The translations under genes were made by a program, and so were the position numbers. The notes beneath the pieces were generated by a model. That model saw only the letters and a program-made list of their open reading frames with translations, was not told the DNA's origin and did no database searches. A DNA stretch of 46,914 bases from Campylobacterota bacterium. GTDB lineage: Bacteria > Campylobacterota > Campylobacteria > Campylobacterales > Sulfurimonadaceae. Location: NCBI GenBank assembly GCA_034661055.1, contig JAYEKO010000047.1, positions 1 through 46,914 on the forward strand, in the 5' to 3' direction. This document shows, one piece after another, positions 1 to 9,016 of the stretch (its first letter is position 1; every line of letters starts with the position of its first letter).

Positions 1-2
1 TT

Positions 3-236
3 TCTACAGTTCAAGATGAACACACTCTTACTCTAAATATAAGCGACTGTGCTGGTGGAGTAGAAGACGAGAAGCTTCCTCATATTTTTCAGGAGTACTA
101 CTCAACAAAGGGGGATGACGGTACCGGACTTGGACTCTATATGAGCCAAAAGATTGTTCAAGAGAAACACCATGGAGCACTCAATGCCTACAATGAAAAT
201 GGTGGATTACGTTTTGAGTTAATCCTACCCCTTTAA
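3..236 (+). CDS. Sensor histidine kinase, C-terminal HATPase_c fragment (5' end outside window)
   Basis: Not in ORF track. Frame from nt 3 reads STVQDEHTLTLNISDCAGGVEDEKLPHIFQEYYSTKGDDGTGLGLYMSQKIVQEKHHG...LILPL-stop (TAA 234-236), with G1, F and G2 boxes. Confidence 0.9.
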   Translation, partial: STVQDEHTLTLNISDCAGGVEDEKLPHIFQEYYSTKGDDGTGLGLYMSQKIVQEKHHGALNAYNENGGLRFELILPL

Positions 237-914
237 TGTAAAGACATACCCCGTACCCGAAATATTTTTTATAGTTTCAGGAGGTAGTTTTTTACGGACT
301 CCTTTTATGAGCGTCCTAAGGTTTTCAGATGTCATCACATCTTCATAGTCGCACCAAACATGATTTTCAATTTCACTATACGTTACCAAAGCTTCAGGAT
401 GATCAAGCAGAAGTTCAAAAAGACGAGACTCTTTTTTTGAGAAGAGCTGTTTTGAATTTTCTCCCATGAGTGTTTTATTAAGGTAAGAGTAACTAAGTTC
501 ATCATTAATCTTGAGAGTTTTATTACTTGACTCATATATATTTTCGATAGCTTGTATAAAATTATCACCAACAAATGGTTTGAGAATATATTTAGTTACA
601 TGTAATTCAACGGCATCTAAAAGATAGTCAGTATTGGTATGCGCCGACAAGATAATGGCAGGAGTAGCTGTATCGTACTCACGTACCTTTTTAATAAACT
701 CGATACCACTCATTTTTGGCATATCAATATCTGTTAAGATAATATCAGGTCGTTTTTCATAATAGAGCTCATATGCTTCCTCGCCATCTTTAGCAATAAT
801 AATATCTTTAAACAGAAGCTCCAAATACCCTAAGACATTTTTTTGGACGGTGATATCATCTTCTGCATAAAGCAGTGTTAAGTTTTCCAGATAATTAATT
901 ATATTTGCATTCAT
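225..914 (-). CDS. OmpR/PhoB-family response regulator (REC + winged helix)
   Basis: LLYAEDD, DIILTDIDMP, SA and KP receiver motifs; C-terminal KKESRLFELL...LRTLIKGVRKKL...GTGY winged helix. Confidence 0.92.
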   Translation of the reverse strand: MNANIINYLENLTLLYAEDDITVQKNVLGYLELLFKDIIIAKDGEEAYELYYEKRPDIILTDIDMPKMSGIEFIKKVREYDTATPAIILSAHTNTDYLLDAVELHVTKYILKPFVGDNFIQAIENIYESSNKTLKINDELSYSYLNKTLMGENSKQLFSKKESRLFELLLDHPEALVTYSEIENHVWCDYEDVMTSENLRTLIKGVRKKLPPETIKNISGTGYVFTLKG

Positions 915-975
915 AGAGGTATTTTATATTAAAAAAGATATTAATGTAATAAAGGCAAGAAGAAAGAGGAAAAGG

Positions 976-1005
976 AAAGTAGGAGTTTTAAGAAACCCCT
1001 ACTTT
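976..1005 (-). terminator. Probable intrinsic terminator after the 313 aa secreted-protein gene
   Basis: Minus strand AAAGTAGGGGTTT-CTTA-AAACTCCTACTTT (13 bp stem, one G:U) followed by a pyrimidine/U-rich tract. Confidence 0.7.
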
Positions 1006-1023
1006 AAAAATATGCTTACAACA

Positions 1024-1965
1024 TTAGTCACGATTTACAATATTTGAGCTAACAACATACTCATCATTACCCGTTACTACAGAAGGGATCCAACAGAGTG
1101 TTTCGTTATAGTGTCCCATTTTGTTGTTAAAATTTAAAAGTTCTAGTTGATGTTTTTGCACATGATCAATAGCACTAAAATATGTAAATTTACTTCCACG
1201 TTTAACAAACTTAGAAACACTGCTGCCATCGCTAACAAATAGTTGTTCATCTCTTTGAAGATCTTGACTCTCAATTAAAGATGCAATACTATGACTCTGG
1301 GCATAATACTCAACATCATCCCAAGTCGCCATTCTTGCATACTCGCCATAGGTCTCTCTACAAGAGCTATTTTTTTCAGAATCAGGAGCGGTATATGAGA
1401 CAGTTCTATACGAACGACCAAGATTTGCATTATTACGTCCAACTTCTACTGCAATATATGCTCTATTGTTAAATTCATTAAGTTCATCTACTTGATTGTC
1501 TATATCTACTTCTAAACCAATGTAGTAAGTTCCTGCGGAAAGATTAGGTGGTATTGTTATGTTGGTAGCATATTGATTATTGTCATCATCAACTCTTGCT
1601 GTAGTCATCGTAATCACTTCATAATCTTGTCCTATCTCTTTTGCTGCTCTAAGACCAGCTTCATTAGAGAGTGTTACTTTGACATTGACATATGGACTCT
1701 GTAGTGCACCTGTTGCACTCACAATATTAAAACTTGCCACAGGAACCTGAGAACCTGATTCTACTGTAGAGTGTATCCACATCTGTGGCTGAACTAAAAG
1801 ATCAGGAAAAACATTAGCAATATCTGCAATGTTGACAACTTCAACTGCCTCTTTTGAATTGAACTCAAAAGTTTTTTCTGTATATTTGCTGTAATCAATT
1901 TTTGCTGCACCTAGAGTTGAGATTACCATACTTGCTGCGATTGCAGTTGAGATTAACGTTTTCAT
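1024..1965 (-). CDS. Secreted protein with CARDB-like Ig domain and a small Cys-containing C-terminal domain
   Basis: Signal peptide MKTLISTAIAASMVISTLGA; PDLLV...GTYYIGLEVDIDNQVDELNEFNN resembles the CARDB signature; AAGGA SD upstream. Confidence 0.65.
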   Translation of the reverse strand: MKTLISTAIAASMVISTLGAAKIDYSKYTEKTFEFNSKEAVEVVNIADIANVFPDLLVQPQMWIHSTVESGSQVPVASFNIVSATGALQSPYVNVKVTLSNEAGLRAAKEIGQDYEVITMTTARVDDDNNQYATNITIPPNLSAGTYYIGLEVDIDNQVDELNEFNNRAYIAVEVGRNNANLGRSYRTVSYTAPDSEKNSSCRETYGEYARMATWDDVEYYAQSHSIASLIESQDLQRDEQLFVSDGSSVSKFVKRGSKFTYFSAIDHVQKHQLELLNFNNKMGHYNETLCWIPSVVTGNDEYVVSSNIVNRD

Positions 1966-2007
1966 TTCTTGTCCTTATTTTCAAGCTTTTGCTTGTTTGA
2001 TAAGTGT

Positions 2008-2039
2008 AGTATATGAAGTAATTGTGAGATTGTTGTGAG
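2008..2039 (-). promoter_or_regulatory. Putative promoter (-10 TATACT) with tandem CTCACAA direct repeat
   Basis: Plus strand TTGTGAG at 2022-2028 and 2033-2039 (11 bp period); AGTATA at 2008-2013. Confidence 0.5.
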
Positions 2040-2113
2040 GTAGTGTATTAAAAGAAAATTTCTGCTTCTTTTGACAAGATGCCCCTTAAGGCATTGTGTC
2101 CATAAACAGAAGA

Positions 2114-2425
2114 TTATACTTTAGCTAATGAAAGTTTTTTAATCTCTTTTAATCTTCTGTCGGTGAAGAATGTACCAAATGGGATGAGTGAAGCAACGAA
2201 TAAGACGATGATATATTTCATAGAAAAATTGTATTTTCGTGCAGCGCTGCCAAGAAGAGCAACAAATAGAATAAATAAAATACCGTGTACCATTCCAACT
2301 GCTTTAACCGCTTCTGGATAACCGTACATGTACTTTAGTGGCATCGCAATAAACAGTAGTGTTAGGTATGATAGACCTTCAATAAAACCAATTAGTCTAA
2401 AGTAGTCAAGAACATCTTTTTTCAA
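2114..2425 (-). CDS. DUF3817-family small membrane protein
   Basis: FRLIGFIEGLSYLTLLFIAMPLKY...GMVHG...ASLIPFGTF pattern; three hydrophobic segments. Confidence 0.85.
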   Translation of the reverse strand: MKKDVLDYFRLIGFIEGLSYLTLLFIAMPLKYMYGYPEAVKAVGMVHGILFILFVALLGSAARKYNFSMKYIIVLFVASLIPFGTFFTDRRLKEIKKLSLAKV

Positions 2426-2472
2426 TATATAGCCTTTTTATAAAATTGTTTTGAAATAATACTAAACAATTC

Positions 2473-3279
2473 TTAATCAATCCAAGCCTTTGTTAGTATC
2501 TCTCGTTCATCATCAAAACATTTAAGTTTAAATGCATCAGTACATCTACCATCTTCTAGCTCCATAACTGCTATCTGCAAAATTCGTTTACATTTTTTAG
2601 GTACTTCAAAATGCCCCGGCATACTAGTTAAGAAACGCTGTATTGGAACTTTAGCATCCATTCCAATAACATTGTCACGACATCCAGTCAGCCCAATATC
2701 GGTTAAATAAGCCGACCCTTCAACAATCTGCAGGTCATCCGTTCCTACATGGGTATGCGTCCCCATTAATCCGCTAATTTCACCTTTAAGCATCATGAAC
2801 ATAGCGCGTTTTTCACTCGTTGCTTCTGCATGAAAGTCAATGAAAATGCTCTTTATCCCATTTACATGTAAATTCTCAACGCACTTGGTAGCAAGACGAA
2901 AGGCATTGTCTGTTAGAGGCATAGAGTAGTGGCCCATTAAGTTTAAAATTGCAAGTTTCTCACCATTGACTTCATAAATTTTCAGACCCGTTCCTGGAAC
3001 ACCTTCTGGATAATTATGAGGGCGTAAAAGCTCCATAGTATCAAGCAGTGGCTTAATCTCTTTTTTATCCCAAGTATGATTTCCACCGGTCATCACATCA
3101 ATTCCATAACCAAAAAGCTCATTGGCATTTTTCATAGTTAAGCCAAAACCGTGTGAAGCATTCTCATAATTAGCAATAACAAAGTCAATGGAGTATTCTT
3201 GCTTAAGACGTGCTAAATGCTCATAAATTATTGAACGTCCCGGTCTTCCTATTATGTCACCTATAAATGCTATTTTCAA
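2473..3279 (-). CDS. ymdB: YmdB/TIGR00282-family metallophosphoesterase
   Basis: FIGDIIGRPGR, NYENASHGFG, TGGNHTWD, DFHAEATSEK, GTHTHV. Start moved to TTG 3279 behind an AGGAG SD. Confidence 0.92.
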   Translation of the reverse strand: MKIAFIGDIIGRPGRSIIYEHLARLKQEYSIDFVIANYENASHGFGLTMKNANELFGYGIDVMTGGNHTWDKKEIKPLLDTMELLRPHNYPEGVPGTGLKIYEVNGEKLAILNLMGHYSMPLTDNAFRLATKCVENLHVNGIKSIFIDFHAEATSEKRAMFMMLKGEISGLMGTHTHVGTDDLQIVEGSAYLTDIGLTGCRDNVIGMDAKVPIQRFLTSMPGHFEVPKKCKRILQIAVMELEDGRCTDAFKLKCFDDEREILTKAWID

Positions 3280-3498
3280 ATTCTCTCCTAAGCGTATTTT
3301 ATTTATTTTAATCTCTATGGCAGATACCAAAGTCTAAATCACTCTGATCAAGTTGGAATATCTCGTTTAATATTTTTAGCAGTTTCTTTTGATTTTCAGT
3401 TTTACTCATTTTTTGCCTCTTGATGTTTTATTCATTTTATTTACCAAGACCAACTTCATCAACTAAGATAGCACCACTTGATAAAGGATACTTAAAAG

Positions 3499-3541
3499 CA
3501 AATAGAGCTGCTTCAACTTGATGAGGGTTCAAGTCTATTTG
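3499..3541 (-). terminator. Hairpin downstream of mfd, possible terminator
   Basis: CAAATAGA (3499-3506) pairs with TCTATTTG (3534-3541), enclosing an inner hairpin; followed by CTTTT on the minus strand. Confidence 0.35.
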
Positions 3542-3625
3542 GGCATAATATTTTGAGTGGTATTGAGTAAAGTTGATGATATTACCCTTTATTATTTTAT
3601 GTTTTATATTTTAACTAAATAAGAC

Positions 3626-6619
3626 TCATAGTTTCTTTGGCTTAGCATTTCGTAAATAATCAAGCACTGCAATAATAATGTCATCATCATCTTTACTCGC
3701 TGATGCTATTCTATCTTTAGAGCTGTTTTGATACTCAATGTTAATATTCTGCCCATAATTACTCAAGACTTTAATTTTTTTCTCTAGACTTAACATCTTA
3801 ATGACCATAAGTTCAAAAAACTGCTTTGTAGGTGTGTTTAGTTTTCCAAAACGGTCAATACACTCCTCTTCAATCTCATAGATCTCCTTAGGTGTCTCAC
3901 AGTGACTTAATCGGCGGTAAAGCTCTAAACGAAGACGATCTTCATTAATGACTTCACCACATAGATACGCACTAATAGTCAACTTAATATCTACTTTATC
4001 ACGACTCTGCTTCTCATCATTGCTTAGTGTAGTAATAGCATCTTCTAGCATTTTGAGATAGAGCGAATAGCCTATATTTTTAATATGACCGCTTTGAGCA
4101 TCACCCACAAGATTTCCACCACCACGAATTTCTAAGTCATGGTAGGCCAAAACAGAACCACTGCCTAAAAATGAGTTGGACTCCAGTGCTACTAAACGTT
4201 TTTTAGCTTCATCAGTAATATTCTCTTTATCTTCTACCACAAAGTAAGCATATCCCTCTTTGTCACTTCGACCGACACGACCACGAAGTTGATGCAAGTC
4301 TGCAATTCCAAAACGATCAGCTCCGTCAATAATCATAGTATTGACATTTGGCATGTGAATCCCTGACTCAATAATAGAAGTGGCTATCATTAAGTCATAT
4401 TCACCTGATTGAAACTTTAGTAGTTCTTTTTCTGTTTGAACTGCAGAGATTTTTGAATGCAACATCACTGTTTTAAGGTTAGGTAATAGTTTTTTTAACT
4501 GTCCCTCTTTAATTGGCATATTATCAATAGAGTTGTGGACATAAAAGACCTGCCCTCCACGACGCAACTCACGCATAATGACCTCTTTAATAAGCTTATC
4601 TTCATACGCTTTAACAAAGGTACGCACTCCCTGACGCTCACTTGGTGGTGTCATAATGCTACTCATTGTCTTAATAGAGCTTAGAGCCTGATTCAAACTT
4701 CTAGGAATCGGTGTTGCACTCATACTTAGGAGATGCACTTTTTCATGAATCTGCTTAAGTTTTTCTTTCTGCTTTACACCAAATTTATGCTCTTCATCGA
4801 CAATAACTAGACCAAGTTTTTTAAACTCTACACCAAATAGTGCATGTGTTCCCACAACAACATCAATATCTCCAGCAGCTAAACCTTTAATTATTGTATT
4901 TTTATCTTTTGTAGTTACAAAACGATCAAGCTTATTAATACGCAGACCCCACTCCTCAAATCTCTCCAAAAGTGATTTGTAGTGTTGTGAACTCAATAGC
5001 GTAGTAGGAACAATCAGCGCACTCTGATAACCAGATTTTGCTGTAGCAAAAATAGCATTCATTGCCACTTCTGTCTTTCCAAAGCCTACATCACCGCTAA
5101 GAAGTCTATCCATCACACGCCCAGTAGCAATCTCATCGACAATCTCTTTAATACTTTTTTCCTGATCTTCAGTGTAAGTAAATCCTGAAGAGTCCTGAAA
5201 CTCTTTTAACAACTTTCCTGCTACCTTGATTTTAGGTGCTTTAATAAGTGCACGAGCAGCCGCTGTATTCATAATTTGAGCTGCAATCTCAAATAGACGT
5301 TTTTTAACCTTCTCCTTAAGTCGTCCAAAGCTTCCTTTACCGAGACGATCAAGTGCAGGAAGTGAACCTGATGATGCAATATAACGGTCAATATACTCCA
5401 AGTTTTCAACAGGCAGAAGCACTTTATCATCACCCATATATTTAATAACTATAAAGTCCTTAACTCCTCCAAGAATCTCAACCTGTTCTATCTTCTCAAA
5501 TGTTCCTACACCATACTCTTCATGAACAACATAATCGCCAGGTTTCAGGTCATCTAAGACAATGGAAGTACGTCTGCGTCTACGTTTCTTCTGGGGCTTA
5601 TTAAGAGAGATAATAAGTTCATTATCACTAATAATGTTTAAAATAAAGGGTCTATAAATTACATGTAAATTTGTAGTGTCATAAATTCCCACCTGTTTAA
5701 TCTGAGCTTCATTTGTAGCAATTAACGTGATTTTCTTATCTTTATGGACATCTACCAGCGTCTTAGCATTAGTGACGGCTAAAGGTTTGTACTGCTGCGC
5801 TTCATTAATTACCTCTACATCATCAAAAAGTTCTTGTGGTGTTTGAGGTAGAAGAAGTTCATACGCTTCATCTACCAACGCTGAAATATCTTTAATATAG
5901 AGACTTTTCTTACCCTCTAAAAAGAGCTCACTATTTGCACCTAAGTACCAAAAACCTAACGATGCTATATCTTTAATAAAGCTGTCACTCTCACTATGTT
6001 GTATCGCAGTGCCAATAGCGTTAAAACCAGCTTCATCTAAAGAGTAAAAAGCTGGAGTGAGCTCAATAGAGTCAAGTTCATCTTTTGAAGTTCTCTGTGT
6101 CTCAATATTGAAACTTTTAATATCTTCAATCTCATCATCAAACATAGAGATACGATATGGCGCAGGTGTATTGGGAATAAAAATGTCAATAATATCGCCA
6201 CGAAAAGAGACCTCGCCCTCAACCTGTACAATATCAACAAAGCTATATCCCCAAAATAGCATCTCATTTTTGAAGCTTTTTAAAGGAAGCGTATCAGCAA
6301 AAGAGATACTCTTAGACTGAAGCAGTGATTGTGTTGGAAATGGGAATAGCAGTGTTTTAAAAGGGGAGATAACAAGAGGTTTTTTTTCTGCCTTATAATA
6401 GCTGCTCAGTGCACCAAAAAGTTGATGCAACTCTACTTTATAGGTGCGTAAATCATCTAAATATGCAGCTCTAAAATCTGGTAAGACAATGGTCTCAATA
6501 TCGAAATAACTACAGACATCCATGAGCTCTTGTGTCTCACTGGCATCTTCACAGATAAGCAGATCAATATTAGGATTTTTATGTAGTTTTAAATATTCAA
6601 AAAAACGACTTGCTACCAT
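3626..6619 (-). CDS. mfd: Transcription-repair coupling factor Mfd
   Basis: CarD/RID domain (PGDYVVHEEYGVG), GDVGFGKT, DEEH, SATPIPR, QLRGRVGR, TRG motif (DLEIRGGGNLVG), TRCF C-terminus. Confidence 0.97.
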   Translation of the reverse strand: MVASRFFEYLKLHKNPNIDLLICEDASETQELMDVCSYFDIETIVLPDFRAAYLDDLRTYKVELHQLFGALSSYYKAEKKPLVISPFKTLLFPFPTQSLLQSKSISFADTLPLKSFKNEMLFWGYSFVDIVQVEGEVSFRGDIIDIFIPNTPAPYRISMFDDEIEDIKSFNIETQRTSKDELDSIELTPAFYSLDEAGFNAIGTAIQHSESDSFIKDIASLGFWYLGANSELFLEGKKSLYIKDISALVDEAYELLLPQTPQELFDDVEVINEAQQYKPLAVTNAKTLVDVHKDKKITLIATNEAQIKQVGIYDTTNLHVIYRPFILNIISDNELIISLNKPQKKRRRRRTSIVLDDLKPGDYVVHEEYGVGTFEKIEQVEILGGVKDFIVIKYMGDDKVLLPVENLEYIDRYIASSGSLPALDRLGKGSFGRLKEKVKKRLFEIAAQIMNTAAARALIKAPKIKVAGKLLKEFQDSSGFTYTEDQEKSIKEIVDEIATGRVMDRLLSGDVGFGKTEVAMNAIFATAKSGYQSALIVPTTLLSSQHYKSLLERFEEWGLRINKLDRFVTTKDKNTIIKGLAAGDIDVVVGTHALFGVEFKKLGLVIVDEEHKFGVKQKEKLKQIHEKVHLLSMSATPIPRSLNQALSSIKTMSSIMTPPSERQGVRTFVKAYEDKLIKEVIMRELRRGGQVFYVHNSIDNMPIKEGQLKKLLPNLKTVMLHSKISAVQTEKELLKFQSGEYDLMIATSIIESGIHMPNVNTMIIDGADRFGIADLHQLRGRVGRSDKEGYAYFVVEDKENITDEAKKRLVALESNSFLGSGSVLAYHDLEIRGGGNLVGDAQSGHIKNIGYSLYLKMLEDAITTLSNDEKQSRDKVDIKLTISAYLCGEVINEDRLRLELYRRLSHCETPKEIYEIEEECIDRFGKLNTPTKQFFELMVIKMLSLEKKIKVLSNYGQNINIEYQNSSKDRIASASKDDDDIIIAVLDYLRNAKPKKL

Positions 6620-7024
6620 TTAATTCTTATCATTTTTGACAGGCGTTTCAACTTTTTTAACTGGGTGCGCTGTTTTAATTTTGCTTTCACCTTGAAACAC
6701 TCCCTTTGGCTCTATGATGAGCTCATTTGATTCAATAGTGCCTGAGACATGTCCATCGCTTTGAATATAGACTTTATCAGAATTAATATTGCCTTCAATT
6801 TTTCCGTGAATTACCACTTTTTCTGCTTTAATATCACCTGAAATATGACCATTCACCCCAATAGTCACCTCATGATCTGAATTAATTATGCCCTCAATCT
6901 CTCCATCTACAAAGAGTTCGCATACTAAATTTAATTCTCCTTTAAAGCGAGTACCTTCTGCGATAATGGTAGTTTTGTGACTTGGAATCGGTTGCTTGTT
7001 ATTGTTTTTACCAAAGAGTGCCAT
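6620..7024 (-). CDS. Bactofilin (polymer-forming cytoskeletal protein, Helicobacter CcmA-like)
   Basis: TTIIAEGTRFKGEL...VDGEIEG...GDIKAEKVVIHGKIEGNI beta-helix repeats; position between the M23 gene and mfd. Confidence 0.93.
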   Translation of the reverse strand: MALFGKNNNKQPIPSHKTTIIAEGTRFKGELNLVCELFVDGEIEGIINSDHEVTIGVNGHISGDIKAEKVVIHGKIEGNINSDKVYIQSDGHVSGTIESNELIIEPKGVFQGESKIKTAHPVKKVETPVKNDKN

Positions 7025-7875
7025 GGAACTTTTTTCTCCTTTTCAAATATATCTTGATAATTATCTACTTCCCATTTAATAAAATTAAATGCATTAAGAG
7101 GTCGATCTAAAAAACGAATCTCATAATGTAAATGAGGGCCATTACTGACACCACTGTTACCTGAAAGAGCAATCAGGTCTCCTTTTTTTACGAAATCTCC
7201 TGTTTTTACTTTAAAACTATTAAGATGTGCATAATAAGTTTTAAATCCGTAGTTGTGTGAAATTCTAACGAGTCTTCCAAATCCTCTAGTCCGCCCTACA
7301 TACTCTACTACACCTTCTGCCTGAACATAAACTGGTGTTTTTTTTGCGGCAATCATATCTGTTCCCTTATGAAGACTACGCTTTTTTGTTATGGGATGCG
7401 TACGATACCCAAAAGGACTTGAGACTCCTTTATATTCAATCGGTGAGCCGTTAGGAATGTGCTGATGCATCAGTGCAATCTCTTCAGAGGTCAACATAGC
7501 AAGTTCAATACGCTCTTCAACGCTCACATCTTCATGAGGTGTCAGTCCTATCATCCCCTCAATATTATCAAGTCGATCAATAGCAGTTTTAAGCTCTTCG
7601 TTTTTATGTTGTAATACAAGCTCATTCTCTTGAATGGATGTCATGAGTGTAGCAGTAATTTTCTGCTCATCATCAATTAATTTTTGCATTGCCGTACGCT
7701 TTTGTACCATATTGTCAATGGTATTGTTAAGATACAAAATACCAAAGAGCGTCAAGATACCAACGGCTACTAAAAAAATTGCCCCATACAATAGACCACT
7801 TTTAATACTGTAAGGAAGATTAATCTGTTTTAAGCCTTTGTCATCATGAACTGTAATTGTAAAATGTCTACGCAT
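6931..7875 (-). CDS. M23-family peptidoglycan endopeptidase (Csd1-like)
   Basis: N-terminal TM, coiled coil, HKGTD, YAHL and GPHLHYE motifs. Start at ATG 7875 after GAGG. Confidence 0.92.
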   Translation of the reverse strand: MRRHFTITVHDDKGLKQINLPYSIKSGLLYGAIFLVAVGILTLFGILYLNNTIDNMVQKRTAMQKLIDDEQKITATLMTSIQENELVLQHKNEELKTAIDRLDNIEGMIGLTPHEDVSVEERIELAMLTSEEIALMHQHIPNGSPIEYKGVSSPFGYRTHPITKKRSLHKGTDMIAAKKTPVYVQAEGVVEYVGRTRGFGRLVRISHNYGFKTYYAHLNSFKVKTGDFVKKGDLIALSGNSGVSNGPHLHYEIRFLDRPLNAFNFIKWEVDNYQDIFEKEKKVPWHSLVKTITSNRFQVTKLPLSQKVLALKEN

Positions 7876-9016
7876 AACCACCTCTTACAAATGCTTCTAC
7901 TACTTTAAATGAACCAAATACTAAATATTGAGTCCCTTCATCAATAGAACTAAAGTCACAATAGCTAATGTTTAGCTCGTCTAAACTCTGCTCTAAAACA
8001 GCCTTGTCTTCAATACGCTCATCATCAATTTCCAATATCTCCACACGCTCAAGCACAGGCTTTAAAATTTTCAAAATCTCTCTGTACTCTTTATCTGCAT
8101 AACTATTATAGACTAAAATAGCTTTCTTTTTTAAAAAAGCAGCAGCAATTGCCTCTGCAGCAAGCGGATTATGTCCTACATCAATAATAATATTGTCTCG
8201 ATACTGATAAAATCTTCCAAAAGGCAACTCTACTGAGATTGATGTAGAGTCAACAGCAAACCCTAAAAGTTTTACAGCCGATAGCGCTAAAAGTAGATTC
8301 TCTTTTAAATATAGTGGTAGATGGTTTTTTAAAGCGATTGCCTCTATTTCTCTATGCTCTTGAGCATTGATGACACTATCAATAGTGTAAAAAGAAGCCT
8401 CTTTTTTCTCTGCTATGCTTTTACATGTAGATAATGCTACCGAGTATCTCTGATAGCCCACAACAACACGTTTAGTAATACTATTACATTTTGTAGTAGC
8501 GATACTAAAAATAGTGTCGCCTAAAAAATCTTGATGATCTAGTGCTATGGGAGTGATGACACTTAAAACTTTTTCAAATACATTGGTTGCATCATGCTCA
8601 CCACCAAGACCTGCTTCAAGAACAACATAGTCACAATCTTTAAAACAGAGCATTGCTAAAAATGTCGTGTATTCAAAATAACTTAGTGCCTCACTATCTT
8701 CAAACAAAAGTAGCTCTTGCAGCCTCTCGTGTGCTGCTTGCAAAATGGAGTTTCTGACATAATTGCCATTAATCCAGATACGCTCATTAAACTCTAAAAT
8801 ATGAGGTGAACTATAGTGACCAACATGCTTACCATGAGACATTAACATATTGGCAATAAATCGGCCTGTTGTCCCCTTACCGTTAGTACCAACAACATGA
8901 ATAATTTTGGGGATTTTTAACTGCTCTTTAATGCTTTTATAGACACGAGGCATACGACTGTAGTCAATCTCACTGTAGTAGAGCGGTTTATGCTCTAAAA
9001 ATGTCTCTAAATCCAT
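7868..9016 (-). CDS. folC: Dihydrofolate/folylpolyglutamate synthase
   Basis: VGTNGKGT, YSSPH, EAGLGG..DATNV, DHQDFLG, DVGHNP. Confidence 0.95.
   Translation of the reverse strand: MDLETFLEHKPLYYSEIDYSRMPRVYKSIKEQLKIPKIIHVVGTNGKGTTGRFIANMLMSHGKHVGHYSSPHILEFNERIWINGNYVRNSILQAAHERLQELLLFEDSEALSYFEYTTFLAMLCFKDCDYVVLEAGLGGEHDATNVFEKVLSVITPIALDHQDFLGDTIFSIATTKCNSITKRVVVGYQRYSVALSTCKSIAEKKEASFYTIDSVINAQEHREIEAIALKNHLPLYLKENLLLALSAVKLLGFAVDSTSISVELPFGRFYQYRDNIIIDVGHNPLAAEAIAAAFLKKKAILVYNSYADKEYREILKILKPVLERVEILEIDDERIEDKAVLEQSLDELNISYCDFSSIDEGTQYLVFGSFKVVEAFVRGGYA

Noticed and set aside
3330..3625. 6S RNA upstream of ymdB (TTGAACCC on the minus strand is 6S-like)
   Set aside because: I could not find the long closing stem and central bubble of 6S. 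Kept only as an unexplained structured spacer.
3626..6619. Mfd is short (997 aa) with a reduced N-terminus
   Set aside because: This length is normal for Campylobacterota Mfd and all motor motifs are intact, so it is not a pseudogene.
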